From Eledone cirrhosa (Eukaryota): 64,000 bases of DNA. The notes under the pieces are model-generated. The model searched no databases and was not told where the DNA came from. It worked only from the letters and a program-made list of their open reading frames with translations. The stretch is from contig OZ024740.1 in the NCBI GenBank assembly GCA_964016885.1, positions 32,860,001 to 32,924,000 of the forward strand. The letters run 5' to 3'. The position numbers were made by a program, and so were the translations under genes. Below are positions 1 to 13,200 of the stretch, in pieces (the first letter of the stretch is position 1; every line of letters begins with the position of its first letter).

Positions 1-569
1 GAGACAGTATGTAACAGGTGAGAGAGACAGTATGTAACAGGTGAGAGGGACAGTATGTAACAGGTGAGAGGGACAGTATGTAACAGGTGAGAGACAGTAT
101 GTAACAGGTGAGAGAGACAGTATGTAACAGGTGAGAGACAGTATGTAACAGGTGAGAGAGACAGTATGTAACAGGTGAGAGGGACAGTATGTAACAGGTG
201 AGAGGGACAGTATGTAACAGGTGAGAGGGACAGTATGTAACAGGTGAGAGGGACAGTATGTAACAGGTGAGAGGGACAGTATGTAACAGGTGAGAGAGAC
301 AGTATGTAACAGGTGAGAGACAGTATGTAACAGGTGAGAGAGACAGTATGTAACAGGTGAGAGAGACAGTATGTAACAGGTGAGAGGGACAGTATGTAAC
401 AGGTGAGAGAGACAGTATGTAACAGGTGAGAGACAGTATGTAACAGGTGAGAGAGACAGTATGTAACAGGTGAGAGGGACAGTATGTAACAGGTGAGAGA
501 CAGTATGTAACAGGTGAGAGAGACAGTATGTAACAGGTGAGAGGGACAGTATGTAACAGGTGAGAGAGA

Positions 570-1330
570 CAGTATGTAACAGGTGAGAGAGACAGTACGT
601 AACAGGTGAGAGAGACAATATGTAACAGGTGAGAGACAGTATGTAACAGGTGAGAGGGAAAGTATGTAACAGGTGAGAGGGACAGTATGTAACAGGTGAG
701 AGAGACAGTACGTAACAGGTGAGAGAGACAATATGTAACAGGTGAGAGACAGTATGTAACAGGTGAGAGGGACAGTATGTAACAGGTGAGAGAGACAGTA
801 TGTAACAGGTGAGAGAGACAGTACGTAACAGGTGAGAGAGACAATATGTAACAGGTGAGAGACAGTATGTAACAGGTGAGAGGGACAGTATGTAACAGGT
901 GAGAGAGACAGTATGTAACAGGTGAGAGAGACAGTACGTAACAGGTGAGAGAGACAATATGTAACAGGTGAGAGACAGTATGTAACAGGTGAGAGGGACA
1001 GTATGTAACAGGTGAGAGACAGTATGTAACAGGTGAGGACAGTATGTAACAGGTGAGAGAGACAGTATGTAACAGGTGAGAGGGACAGTATGTAACAGGT
1101 GAGAGAGACAGTATGTAACAGGTGAGAGAGACAGTACGTAACAGGTGAGAGAGACAATATGTAACAGGTGAGAGACAGTATGTAACAGGTGAGAGGGACA
1201 GTATGTAACAGGTGAGAGAGACAGTATGTAACAGGTGAGAGAGACAGTACGTAACAGGTGAGAGAGACAATATGTAACAGGTGAGAGACAGTATGTAACA
1301 GGTGAGAGGGACAGTATGTAACAGGTGAGA
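570..1330 (+). repeat. Local 113-bp (5-monomer) higher-order repeat
   Basis: The marker CAGTACGTAAC (variant C) is at 598, 711, 824, 937, 1137 and 1250, each followed by a CAATATG monomer. Spacing is 113 = 4x23+21, with one 200-bp step. Confidence 0.9.
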
Positions 1331-1999
1331 GACAGTATGTAACAGGTGAGGACAGTATGTAACAGGTGAGAGAGACAGTATGTAACAGGTGAGAGGGACA
1401 GTATGTAACAGGTGAGAGACAGTATGTAACAGGTGAGGACAGTATGTAACAGGTGAGAGGGACAGTATGTAACAGGTGAGAGAGACAGTATGTAACAGGT
1501 GAGAGGGACAGTATGTAACAGGTGAGAGACACCGTATGTAACAGGTGACAGACACAGTATGTAACAGGTGAGAGAGACAGTATGTAACAGGTGAGAGACA
1601 GTATGTAACAGGTGAGAGACACCGTATGTAACAGGTGACAGACACAGTATGTAACAGGTGAGAGAGACAGTATGTAACAGGTGAGAGACAGTATGTAACA
1701 GGTGAGGACAGTATGTAACAGGTGAGAGACACCGTATGTAACAGGTGACAGACACAGTATGTAACAGGTGAGAGAGACAGTATGTAACAGGTGAGAGACA
1801 GTATGTAACAGGTGAGGACAGTATGTAACAGGTGAGAGAGACAGTATGTAACAGGTGAGAGACAGTATGTAACAGGTGAGAGACACCGTATGTAACAGGT
1901 GACAGACACAGTATGTAACAGGTGAGAGAGACAGTATGTAACAGGTGAGAGACAGTATGTAACAGGTGAGGACAGTATGTAACAGGTGAGAGAGACAGT

Positions 2000-3130
2000 A
2001 TGTAACAGGTGAGAAAGACATTATGTAACAGGTGAGAGGGATAGTATGTAACAGGTGAGAGGGATAGTATGTAACAGGTGAGAGAGACAGTATGTAACAG
2101 GTGAGAGACAGTATGTAACAGATGAGAGTCACAGTATGTAACAGGTGAGAGAGTCAGTATGTAACAGGTGAGAGAGACAGTATGTAACAGGTGAGAGAGA
2201 CAGTATGTAACAGGTGAGAGGGAGAGTATGTAACAGGTGAGAGGGACAGTATGTAACAGGTGAGAGAGACAGTATGTAACATGTGAGAGACAGTATGTAA
2301 CAGGTGAGAGAGACACTATGTAACAGGTGAGAGACAGTATGTAACAGGTGAGAAGGACAGTATGTAACAGGTGAGAGAGACAGTATGTAACAGGTGAGAG
2401 AGACAGTATGTAACAGGTGAGAGACAGTATGTAACATGTGAGACAGTATGTAACATGTGAGACAGTATGTAACATGTGAGAGAGACAGTAAGTAACAGGT
2501 GAGAGAGACAGTATGTAACATGTGAGAGACAGTATGTAACATGTAAGAGACAGTATGTAACAGGTGAGAGGGAAAGTATGCAACAGGTGAGAGGGAAAGT
2601 ATGTAACAGGTGAGAGTCAGTATGTAACATGTGGGAGACAGTATGTAACATGTGAGAGACAGTATGTAACAGATGAGAGAGACAGTATGTAACAGGTGAG
2701 AGAGACAGTATGTAACAGGTGAGAGAGACAGAATCTAACAGGTGAGAGACACAGAATCTAACAGGTGAGAGAGACAGTATGTAACAGGTGAGAGAGACGG
2801 TATGTAACAGGTGAGAGAGACAGTATGTAACAGGTGAGAGAGACAGTATGTAACAGATGAGAGAGACAGTATGTAACAGGTGAGAGAGACAGTATGTAAC
2901 ATGTGAGAGAGACAATATGTAACAGGGAGAGACAGTATGTAACAGGTGAGAGACAGTATGTAACAGGTGAGAGGGAAAGTATGTAACAGGTGAGAGTCAG
3001 TATGTAACATGTGAAAGACAGTATGTAACATGTGAGAGACAGTATGTAACATGTGAGAGAGACAGTATGTAACAGGTGAAAGAGACAGTATGTAAGAGGT
3101 GAAAGAGACAGTATGTAACAGATGAGAGAG
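2000..3130 (+). repeat. Recurrent module A (about 1.1 kb), with about 10 full or partial copies across the window
   Basis: Ordered marker string CATTATG, GGGATAG, GTCACAG, GGGAGAG, CACTATG, GAAGGA, GTAAGT, CATGTAAG, GGAAAGTATGCAAC, GTGGGAG, GAATCTAAC x2, GACGGT, CAGGGAG, GTGAAAG. The GGAAAGTATGCAAC marker is near 2571, 5264, 8236, 33555, 37116, 43742, 47303, 49931, 51567 and 55061. Confidence 0.88.
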
Positions 3131-3750
3131 ACAGTATGTAACAGGTGAGAGGGACAGTATGTAACAGGTGAGAGGGACAGTATGTAACAGGTGAGAGAGA
3201 CAGTATGTAACAAGTGAGAGAGACAGTATGTAACAGGTGATAGAGACAGTATGTAACAAGTGAGAGAGACAGTATGTAACAGGTGAGAGACTTAGTATGT
3301 AACAGGTGAGAGAGACAGTATATAACATGAGACAGTATGTAACATGTGAGAGAGACAGTATGTAACAGGTGAGAGGGACAGTATGTAACAGGTGAGAGAG
3401 ACATTATGTAACAGGTGAGAGGGATAGTATGTAACAGGTGAGAGAGACAGTATGTAACAGGTGAGAGACAGTATGTAACAGATGAGAGTCACAGTATGTA
3501 ACAAGTGAGAGAGACAGTATGTAACAGGTGAGATTCAGTATGTAACATGTGAGAGAGACAGTATGTAACAGGTGAGAGAGACAGTATGTAACAGGTGAGA
3601 GGGACAGAATGTAACAGGTGAGAGAGTCAGTATGTAACAGATGAGAGAGACAGTATGTAACAGATGAGAGAGACAGTATGTAACAGATGAGAGAGACAGT
3701 ATGTAACAGGTGAGAGAGACAGTATGTAACAGGTGAGAGACAGTATGTAA

Positions 3751-4026
3751 CATGTGAGAGGGACAGTATGTAACAGGTGAGAGGGACAGTATGTAACAGG
3801 TGAGAGGGACAGTATGTAACAGGTGAGAGGGACAGTATGTAACAGGTGAGAGGGACAGTATGTAACAGGTGAGAGGGACAGTATGTAACAGGTGAGAGGG
3901 ACAGTATGTAACAGGTGAGAGGGACAGTATGTAACAGGTGAGAGGGACAGTATGTAACAGGTGAGAGGGACAGTATGTAACAGGTGAGAGGGACAGTATG
4001 TAACAGGTGAGAGGGACAGTATGTAA
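3751..4026 (+). repeat. Run of 12 consecutive GAGAGGGA-tail monomers
   Basis: Counted directly. The run starts at a CATGTG monomer at 3751. Confidence 0.9.
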
Positions 4027-7000
4027 CAGGTGAGAGACAGTATGTAACAGGTGAGAGACAGTATGTAACAGGTGAGAGGGACAGTATGTAACAGGTGAGA
4101 GGGACAGTATGTAACAGGTGAGAGAGACAGTATGTAACAGGTGAGAGAGACAGTACGTAACAGGTGAGAGAGACAATATGTAACAGGTGAGAGAGACAGT
4201 ATGTAACAGGTGAGAGACAGTATGTAACAGGTGAGAGGGAAAGTATGTAACAGGTGAGAGAGACAGTATGTAACAGGTGAGAGGGACAGTATGTAACAGG
4301 TGAGAGACACCGTATGTAACAGGTGAGAGAGACAGTATGTAACAGGTGAGAGACAGTATGTAACAGGTGAGAGAGTCAGTATGTAACAGGTGAGAGACAC
4401 CGTATGTAACAGGTGAGAGAGACAGTATGTAACAGGTGAGAGGGACAGTATGTAACAGGTGAGAGACACCGTATGTAACAGGTGAGAGAGACAGTATGTA
4501 ACAGGTGAGAGACAGTATGTAACAGGTGAGAGAGTCAGTATGTAACAGGTGAGAGACACCGTATGTAACAGGTGAGAGAGACAGTATGTAACAGGTGAGA
4601 GACAGTATGTAACAGGTGAGGACAGTATGTAACAGGTGAGAGAGACAGTATGTAACAGGTGAGAAAGACATTATGTAACAGGTGAGAGGGATAGTATGTA
4701 ACAGGTGAGAGGGATAGTATGTAACAGGTGAGAGAGACAGTATGTAACAGGTGAGAGACAGTATGTAACAGATGAGTCACAGTATGTAACAGGTGAGAGA
4801 GTCAGTATGTAACAGGTGAGAGAGACAGTATGTAACAGGTGAGAGAGACAGTATGTAACAGGTGAGAGGGAGAGTATGTAACAGGTGAGAGGGACAGTAT
4901 GTAACAGGTGAGAGAGACAGTATGTAACATGTGAGAGACAGTATGTAACAGGTGAGAGAGACACTATGTAACAGGTGAGAGACAGTATGTAACAGGTGAG
5001 AAAGACAGTATGTAACAGGTGAGAGAGACAGTATGTAACAGGTGAGAGAGACAGTATGTAACAGGTGAGAGACAGTATGTAACATGTGAGACAGTATGTA
5101 ACATGTGAGACAGTATGTAACATGTGAGAGAGACAGTAAGTAACAGGTGAGAGAGACAGTATGTAACATGTGAGAGACAGTATGTAACATGTAAGAGACA
5201 GTATGTAACATGTGAGAGAAACAATATGTAACAGGTGAGAGACAGTATGTAACAGGTGAGAGGGAAAGTATGCAACAGGTGAGAGGGAAAGTATGTAACA
5301 GGTGAGAGTCAGTATGTAACATGTGGGAGACAGTATGTAACATGTGAGAGACAGTATGTAACAGATGAGAGAGACAGTATGTAACAGGTGAGAGAGACAG
5401 TATGTAACAGGTGAGAGAGACAGAATCTAACAGGTGAGAGACACAGAATCTAACAGGTGAGAGAGACAGTATGTAACAGGTGAGAGAGACGGTATGTAAC
5501 AGGTGAGAGAGACAGTATGTAACAGGTGAGAGAGACAGAATGTAACAGATGAGAGAGACAGTATGTAACAGGTGAGAGAGACAGTATGTAACATGTGAGA
5601 GAGACAATATGTAACAGGGAGAGACAGTATGTAACAGGTGAGAGACAGTATGTAACAGGTGAGAGGGAAAGTATGTAACAGGTGAGAGTCAGTATGTAAC
5701 ATGTGAAAGACAGTATGTAACATGTGAGAGACAGTATGTAACATGTGAGAGAGACAGTATGTAACAGATGAGAGAGACAGTATGTAACAGATGAGAGAGA
5801 CAGTATGTAACAGATGAGAGAGACAGTATGTAACATGTGAGAGAGACAGTATGTAACAGGTGAAAGAGACAGTATGTAAGAGGTGAAAGAGACAGTATGT
5901 AACAGATGAGAGAGACAGTATGTAACAGGTGAGAGGGACAGTATGTAACAGGTGAGAGGGACAGTATGTAACAGGTGAGAGAGACAGTATGTAACAAGTG
6001 AGAGAGACAGTATGTAACAGGTGATAGAGACAGTATGTAACAAGTGAGAGAGACAGTATGTAACAGGTGAGAGACAATATGTAACAGGTGAGAGAGACAG
6101 TATGTAACAAGAGAGAGACAGAGTATGTAACAGGTGATAGAGACAGTATGTAACAAGTGAGAGAGACAGTATATAACAAGTGAGAGACACAGTATGTAAC
6201 ATGTGAGAGAGACAGTATGTAACAGGTGAGAGAGACAATATGTAACAGGTGAGAGAGACAGTATGTAACAAGTGATAGACACAGTATGTAACAGGTGATA
6301 GAGACAGTATGTAACAAGTGAGAGAGACAGTATGTAACAAGTGAGAGACACAGTATGTAACATGTGAGAGAGACAGTATGTAACAGGTGAGAGAGACAGT
6401 ATGTAACAGGTGAGAGAGACAGTATGTAACAGGTGAGCGAGACAATATGTAACAGGTGAGAGAGACAATATGTAACAGGTGAGAGAGACAATATGTAACA
6501 GGTGAGAGACAGTATGTAACAGGTGAGAGACAGTATGTAACAGGTGAGAGAGACAATATGTAACAGGTGAGAGAGACAGTATGTAACAGGTGATAGAGAC
6601 AGTATGTAACAAGTGAGAGAGACAGTATGTAACAAGTGAGAGACACAGTATGTAACATGTGAGAGAGACAGTATGTAACAGGTGAGAGGGACAGTATGTA
6701 ACATGTGAGAGACAGTATGTAACAGGTGAGAGAGACAGTATGTAACATGTGAGAGACAGTATGTAACATGTGAGACAGTATGTAACAGGTGAGAGAGACA
6801 GTATGTAACAGGTGAGAGAGACAGTATGTAACAGGTGAGAGAGACAGTATGTAACAGGTGAGAGACAGTATGTAACAAGTGAGAGAGACAATATGTAACA
6901 GGTGAGAGAGTCAGTATGTAACAGGTGAGAGAGTCAGTATGTAACAGGTGAGAGAGTCAGTATGTAACAGGTGAGAGAGACAGTATGTAACAGGTGAGAG

Positions 7001-10000
7001 AGACAGTATGCAACAGGTGAGAGAGACAGTATGCAACAGGTGAGAGAGACAGAATCTAACAGGTGAGAGAGACAGAATCTAACAGGTGAGAGAGACAGAA
7101 TCTAACAGGTGAGAGGGACAGTATGTAACAGGTGAGAGGGACAGTATGTAACAGGTGAGAGAGACAGTATGTAACAGGTGAGATAGACAGTATGTAACAG
7201 ATGAGAGAGACACTATGTAACAGGAAGAGAGACAGTATGTAACAGGTGAGAGGGACAGTATGTAACAGGTGAGAGACACCGTATGTAACAGGTGACAGAC
7301 ACAGTATGTAACAGGTGAGAGAGACAGTATGTAACAGGTGAGAGGGACAGTATGTAACAGGTGAGAGGGACAGTATGTAACAGGTGAGAGACAGTATGTA
7401 ACAGGTGAGAGGGACAGTATGTAACAGGTGAGAGGGACAGTATGTAACAGGTGAGAGAGACAGTATGTAACAGGTGAGAGAGACAGTACGTAACAGGTGA
7501 GAGAGACAATATGTAACAGGTGAGAGACAGTATGTAACAGGTGAGAGACACCGTATGTAACAGGTGACAGACACAGTATGTAACAGGTGAGAGAGACAGT
7601 ATGTAACAGGTGAGGACAGTATGTAACAGGTGAGAGAGACAGTATGTAACAGGTGAGAAAGACATTATGTAACAGGTGAGAGGGATAGTATGTAACAGGT
7701 GAGAGAGACAGTATGTAACAGGTGAGAGACAGTATGTAACAGATGAGAGTCACAGTATGTAACAGGTGAGAGAGTCAATATGTAACAGGTGAGAGAGACA
7801 GTATGTAACAGGTGAGAGAGACAGTATGTAACAGGTGAGAGGGACAGTATGTAACAGGTGAGAGGGACAGTATGTAACAAGTGAGAGAGACAGTATGTAA
7901 CATGTGAGAGACAGTATGTAACAGGTGAGAGAGACACTATGTAACAGGTGAGAGACAGTATGTAACAGGTGAGAAGGACAGTATGTAACAGGTGAGAGAG
8001 ACAGTATGTAACAGGTGAGAGAGACAGTATGTAACAGGTGAAAGACAGTATGTAACATGTGAGACAGTATGTAACATGTGAGACAGTATGTAACATGTGA
8101 GAGAGACAGTAAGTAACAGGTGAGAGAGACAGTATGTAACATGTGAGAGACAGTATGTAACATGTAAGAGACAGTATGTAACATGTGAGAGAAACAATAT
8201 GTAACAGGTGAGAGACAGTATGTAACAGGTGAGAGGGAAAGTATGCAACAGGTGAGAGGGAAAGTATGTAACAGGTGAGAGTCAGTATGTAACATGTGGG
8301 AGACAGTATGTAACAGGTGAGAGACAGTATGTAACAGGTGAGAAGGACAGTATGTAACAGGTGAGAGAGACAGTATGCAACAGGTGAGAGAGACAGAATC
8401 TAACAGGTGAGAGAGACAGAATCTAACAGGTGAGAGAGACAGAATCTAACAGGTGAGAGGGACAGTATGTAACAGGTGAGAGGGACAGTATGTAACAGGT
8501 GAGAGAGACAGTATGTAACAGGTGAGAGAGACAGAATCTAACAGGTGAGAGACACAGAATCTAACAGGTGAGAGAGACAGTATGTAACAGGTGAGAGAGA
8601 CGGTATGTAACAGGTGAGAGAGACAGTATGTAACAGGTGAGAGAGACAGTATGTAACAGATGAGAGAGACAGTATGTAACAGGTGAGAGAGACAGTATGT
8701 AACATGTGAGAGAGACAATATGTAACAGGGAGAGACAGTATGTAACAGGTGAGAGACAGTATGTAACAGGTGAGAGGGAAAGTATGTAACAGGTGAGAGT
8801 CAGTATGTAACATGTGAAAGACAGTATGTAACATGTGAGAGACAGTATGTAACATGTGAGAGAGACAGTATGTAACAGATGAGAGATACAGTATGTAACA
8901 GATGAGAGAGACAGTATGTAACATGTGAGAGAGACAGTATGTAACAGGTGAGAGAGACAGTATGTAACAGATGAAAGAGACAGTATGTAAGAGGTGAAAG
9001 AGACAGTATGTAACAGATGAGAGAGACAGTATGTAACAGGTGAGAGGGACAGTATGTAACAGGTGAGAGGGACAGTATGTAACAGGTGAGAGAGACAGTA
9101 TGTAACAAGTGAGAGAGACAGTATGTAACAGGTGATAGAGACAGTATGTAACAAGTGAGAGAGACAGTATGTAACAGGTGAGAGACAATATGTAACAGGT
9201 GAGAGAGACAGTATGTAACAAGAGAGAGACAGAGTATGTAACAGGTGATAGAGACAGTATGTAACAAGTGAGAGAGACAGTATATAACAAGTGAGAGACG
9301 CAGTATGTAACATGTGAGAGAGACAGTATGTAACAGGTGAGAGAGACAATATGTAACAGGTGAGAGAGACAGTATGTAACAAGTGATAGACACAGTATGT
9401 AACAGGTGATAGAGACAGTATGTAACAAGTGAGAGAGACAGTATGTAACAAGTGAGAGACACAGTATGTAACATGTGAGAGAGACAGTATGTAACAGGTG
9501 AGAGAGACAGTATGTAACAGGTGAGAGAGACAGTATATAACAGGTGAGCGAGACAATATGTAACAGGTGAGAGAGACAATATGTAACAGGTGAGAGAGAC
9601 AATATGTAACAGGTGAGAGACAGTATGTAACAGGTGAGAGACAGTATGTAACAGGTGAGAGAGACAATATGTAACAGGTGAGAGAGACAGTATGTAACAG
9701 GTGATAGAGACAGTATGTAACAAGTGAGAGAGACAGTATGTAACGAGTGAGAGACACAGTATGTAACATGTGAGAGACACAGTATGTAACATGTGAGAGA
9801 GACAATATGTAACAGGTGAGAGAGACAGTATGTAACAAGTGAGAGACACAGTATGTAACAGGTGATAGAGACAGTATGTAACAAGTGAGAGAGACAGTAT
9901 GTAACAAGTGAGAGACACAGTATGTAACATGTGAGAGAGACAGTATGTAACAGGTGAGAGGGACAGTATGTAACATGTGAGAGACAGTATGTAACAGGTG

Positions 10001-10269
10001 AGAGAGACAGTATGTAACATGTGAGAGACAGTATGTAACATGTGAGACAGTATGTAACAGGTGAGAGAGACAGTATGTAACAGGTGAGAGAGACAGTATG
10101 TAACAGGTGAGAGAGACAGTATGTAACAGGTGAGAGACAGTATGTAACAAGTGAGAGAGACAATATGTAACAGGTGAGAGAGTCAGTATGTAACAGGTGA
10201 GAGAGTCAGTATGTAACAGGTGAGAGAGACAGTATGTAACAGGTGAGAGAGACAGTATGCAACAGGTGA

Positions 10270-13200
10270 GAGAGACAGAATCTAACAGGTGAGAGAGACA
10301 GAATCTAACAGGTGAGAGAGACAGAATCTAACAGGTGAGAGGGACAGTATGTAACAGGTGAGAGGGACAGTATGTAACAGGTGAGAGAGACAGTATGTAA
10401 CAGGTGAGATAGACAGTATGTAACAGATGAGAGAGACACTATGTAACAGGAAGAGAGACAGTATGTAACAGGTGAGAGGGACAGTATGTAACAGGTGAGA
10501 GACACCGTATGTAACAGGTGACAGACACAGTATGTAACAGGTGAGAGAGACAGTATGTAACAGGTGAGAGGGACAGTATGTAACAGGTGAGAGGGACAGT
10601 ATGTAACAGGTGAGAGAGACAGTAGATAACAGGTGAGAGGGACAGTATGTAACAGGTGAGAGAGACAGTATGTAACAGGTGAGAGAGACAATATGTAACA
10701 GGTGAGAGGGACAGTATGTAACAGGTGAGAGGGACAGTATGTAACAGGTGAGAGAGACAGTATGTAACAGGTGAGAGGGACAGTATGTAACATGTGAGAG
10801 AAGTATGTAACAGGTGAGAGACAGTATGTAACAGGTGAGAGACAGTATGTAACAGGTGAGAGACAGTATGTAACATGTGAGAGACAGTATGTAACATGTG
10901 AGACAGTATGTAACAGGTGAGAGAGACAGTATGTAACAGGTGAGAGAGACAGTATGCAACAGGTGAGAGAGACAGTATGTAACAGGTGAGAGAGACAGTA
11001 TGTAACAGGTGAGAGACAGTATGTAAAAGGTGAGAGACAGTATGTAACAGGTGAGAGAGACAATATGTAACAGGTAAGAGACAGTATGTAACAGGTGAGA
11101 GAGACAATATGTAACAGGTGAGAGAGACAGTATGTAACAAGTGAGAGACACAGTATGTAACATGTGATAGAGACAGTATGTAACAAGTGAGAGAGACAGT
11201 ATGTAACAAGTGAGAGACACAGTATGTAACATGTGAGAGAGACAGTATGTAACAGGTGAGATAGACAATATGTAACAGGTGAGAGAGACAGTGTGTAACA
11301 AGTGAGAGACACAGTATGTAACAGGTGATAGAGACAGTATGTAACAAGTGAGAGAGACAGTATGTAACAAGTGAGAGACACAGTATGTAACATGTGAGAG
11401 AGACAGTATGTAACAGGTGAGAGAGACAATATGTAACAGGTGAGAGAGACAGTATGTAACAGGTGATAGAGACAGTATGTAACAAGTGAGAGAGACAGTA
11501 TGTAACAGGTGAGAGAGACAATATGTAACAGGTGAGAGAGACAGTATGTAACAAGTGATAGACACAGTATGTAACAGGTGATAGAGACAGTATGTAACAG
11601 GTGAGAGAGACAGTATGTAACAAGTGAGAGACACAGTATGTAACATGTGAGAGAGACAGTATGTAACAAGTGAGAGACACAATATGTAACAGGTGAGAGA
11701 GACAGTATGTAACAGGTGATAGAGACAGTATGTATCAGGTGAGAGAGACAGTATGTAACAGGTGAGAGAGACAATATGTAACAGGTGAGAGACAGTATGT
11801 AACAGGTGAGAGAGACAATATGTAACAGGTGAGAGAGACAGTATGTAACAAGTGAGAGACAGTATGTAACAGGTGATAGAGACAGTATGTAACAAGTGAG
11901 AGAGACAGTATGTAACAAGTGAGAGACACAGTATGTAACATGTGAGAGAGACAGTATGTAACATGTGAGAGAGACAGTATGTAACAGGTGAGAGAGACAA
12001 TATGTAACAGGTGAGAGAGACAGTATGTAACAAGTGAGAGACACAGTATGTAACAGGTGATAGAGACAGTATGTAACAAGTGAGAGAGACAGTATGTAAC
12101 AAGTGAGAGACACAGTATGTAACGTCTGAGAGAGACAGTATGTAACATGTGAGAGACAGTATGTAACATGTGAGACAGTATGTAACAGGTGAGAGAGACA
12201 GTATGTAACAGGTGAGAGAGACAGTATGTAACAGGTGAGAGAGACAGTATGTAACAGGTGAGAGAGACAGTATGTAACAGGTGAGAGAGTCAGTATGTAA
12301 CAGGTGAGAGAGACAGTATGTAACAGGTGAGAGAGACAGAATCTAATAGGTGAGAGAGACAGAATCTAACAGGTGAGAGAGACAGAATCTAACAGGTGAG
12401 AGGGACAGTATGTAACAGGTGAGAGAGACAGTATGTAACAGGTGAGATAGACAGTATGTAACAGATGAGAGAGACACTATGTAACAGGGAGAGAGACAGT
12501 ATGTAACAGGTGAGAGGGACAGTATGTAACAGGTGAGAGGGACAGTATGTAACAGGTGAGAGGGACAGTATGTAACAGGTGAGAGACACCGTATGTAACA
12601 GGTGACAGACACAGTATATAACAGGTGAGAGAGACAGTATGTAACAGGTGAGAGGGACAGTATGTAACAGGTGAGAGACACAGTATGTAACAGGTGAGGA
12701 CAGTATGTAACAGGTGAGAGAGACAGTAGGTAACAAGTGAGAGGGACAGTATGTAACAGGTGAGAGAGACAGTATGTAACAGGTGAGAGAGACAGTATGT
12801 AACAGGTGAGAGAGACAGTATGTAACAGGTGAGAGGGACAGTATGTAACAGGTGAGAGGGACAGTATGTAACAGGTGAGAGAGACAGTATGTAACAGGTG
12901 AGAGAGTCAGTATGTAACAGGTGAGAGTCAGTATGTAACAGGTGAGAGTCAGTATGTAACAGGTGAGAGGGACAATAACAGGTGAGAGAGTCAGTATGTA
13001 ACAGGTGAGAGAGACAGTATGTAACAGGTGAGAGGGACAGTATGTAAAAGGTGAGAGAGACAGTATGTAACAGGTGAGAGAGTCAGTATGTAACAGGTGA
13101 GAGGGACAGTATGTAACAGGTGAGAGGGACAGTATGTAACAGGTGAGAGGGACAGTATGTAACAGGTGAGAGGGACAGTATGTAACAGGTGAGAGAGACA

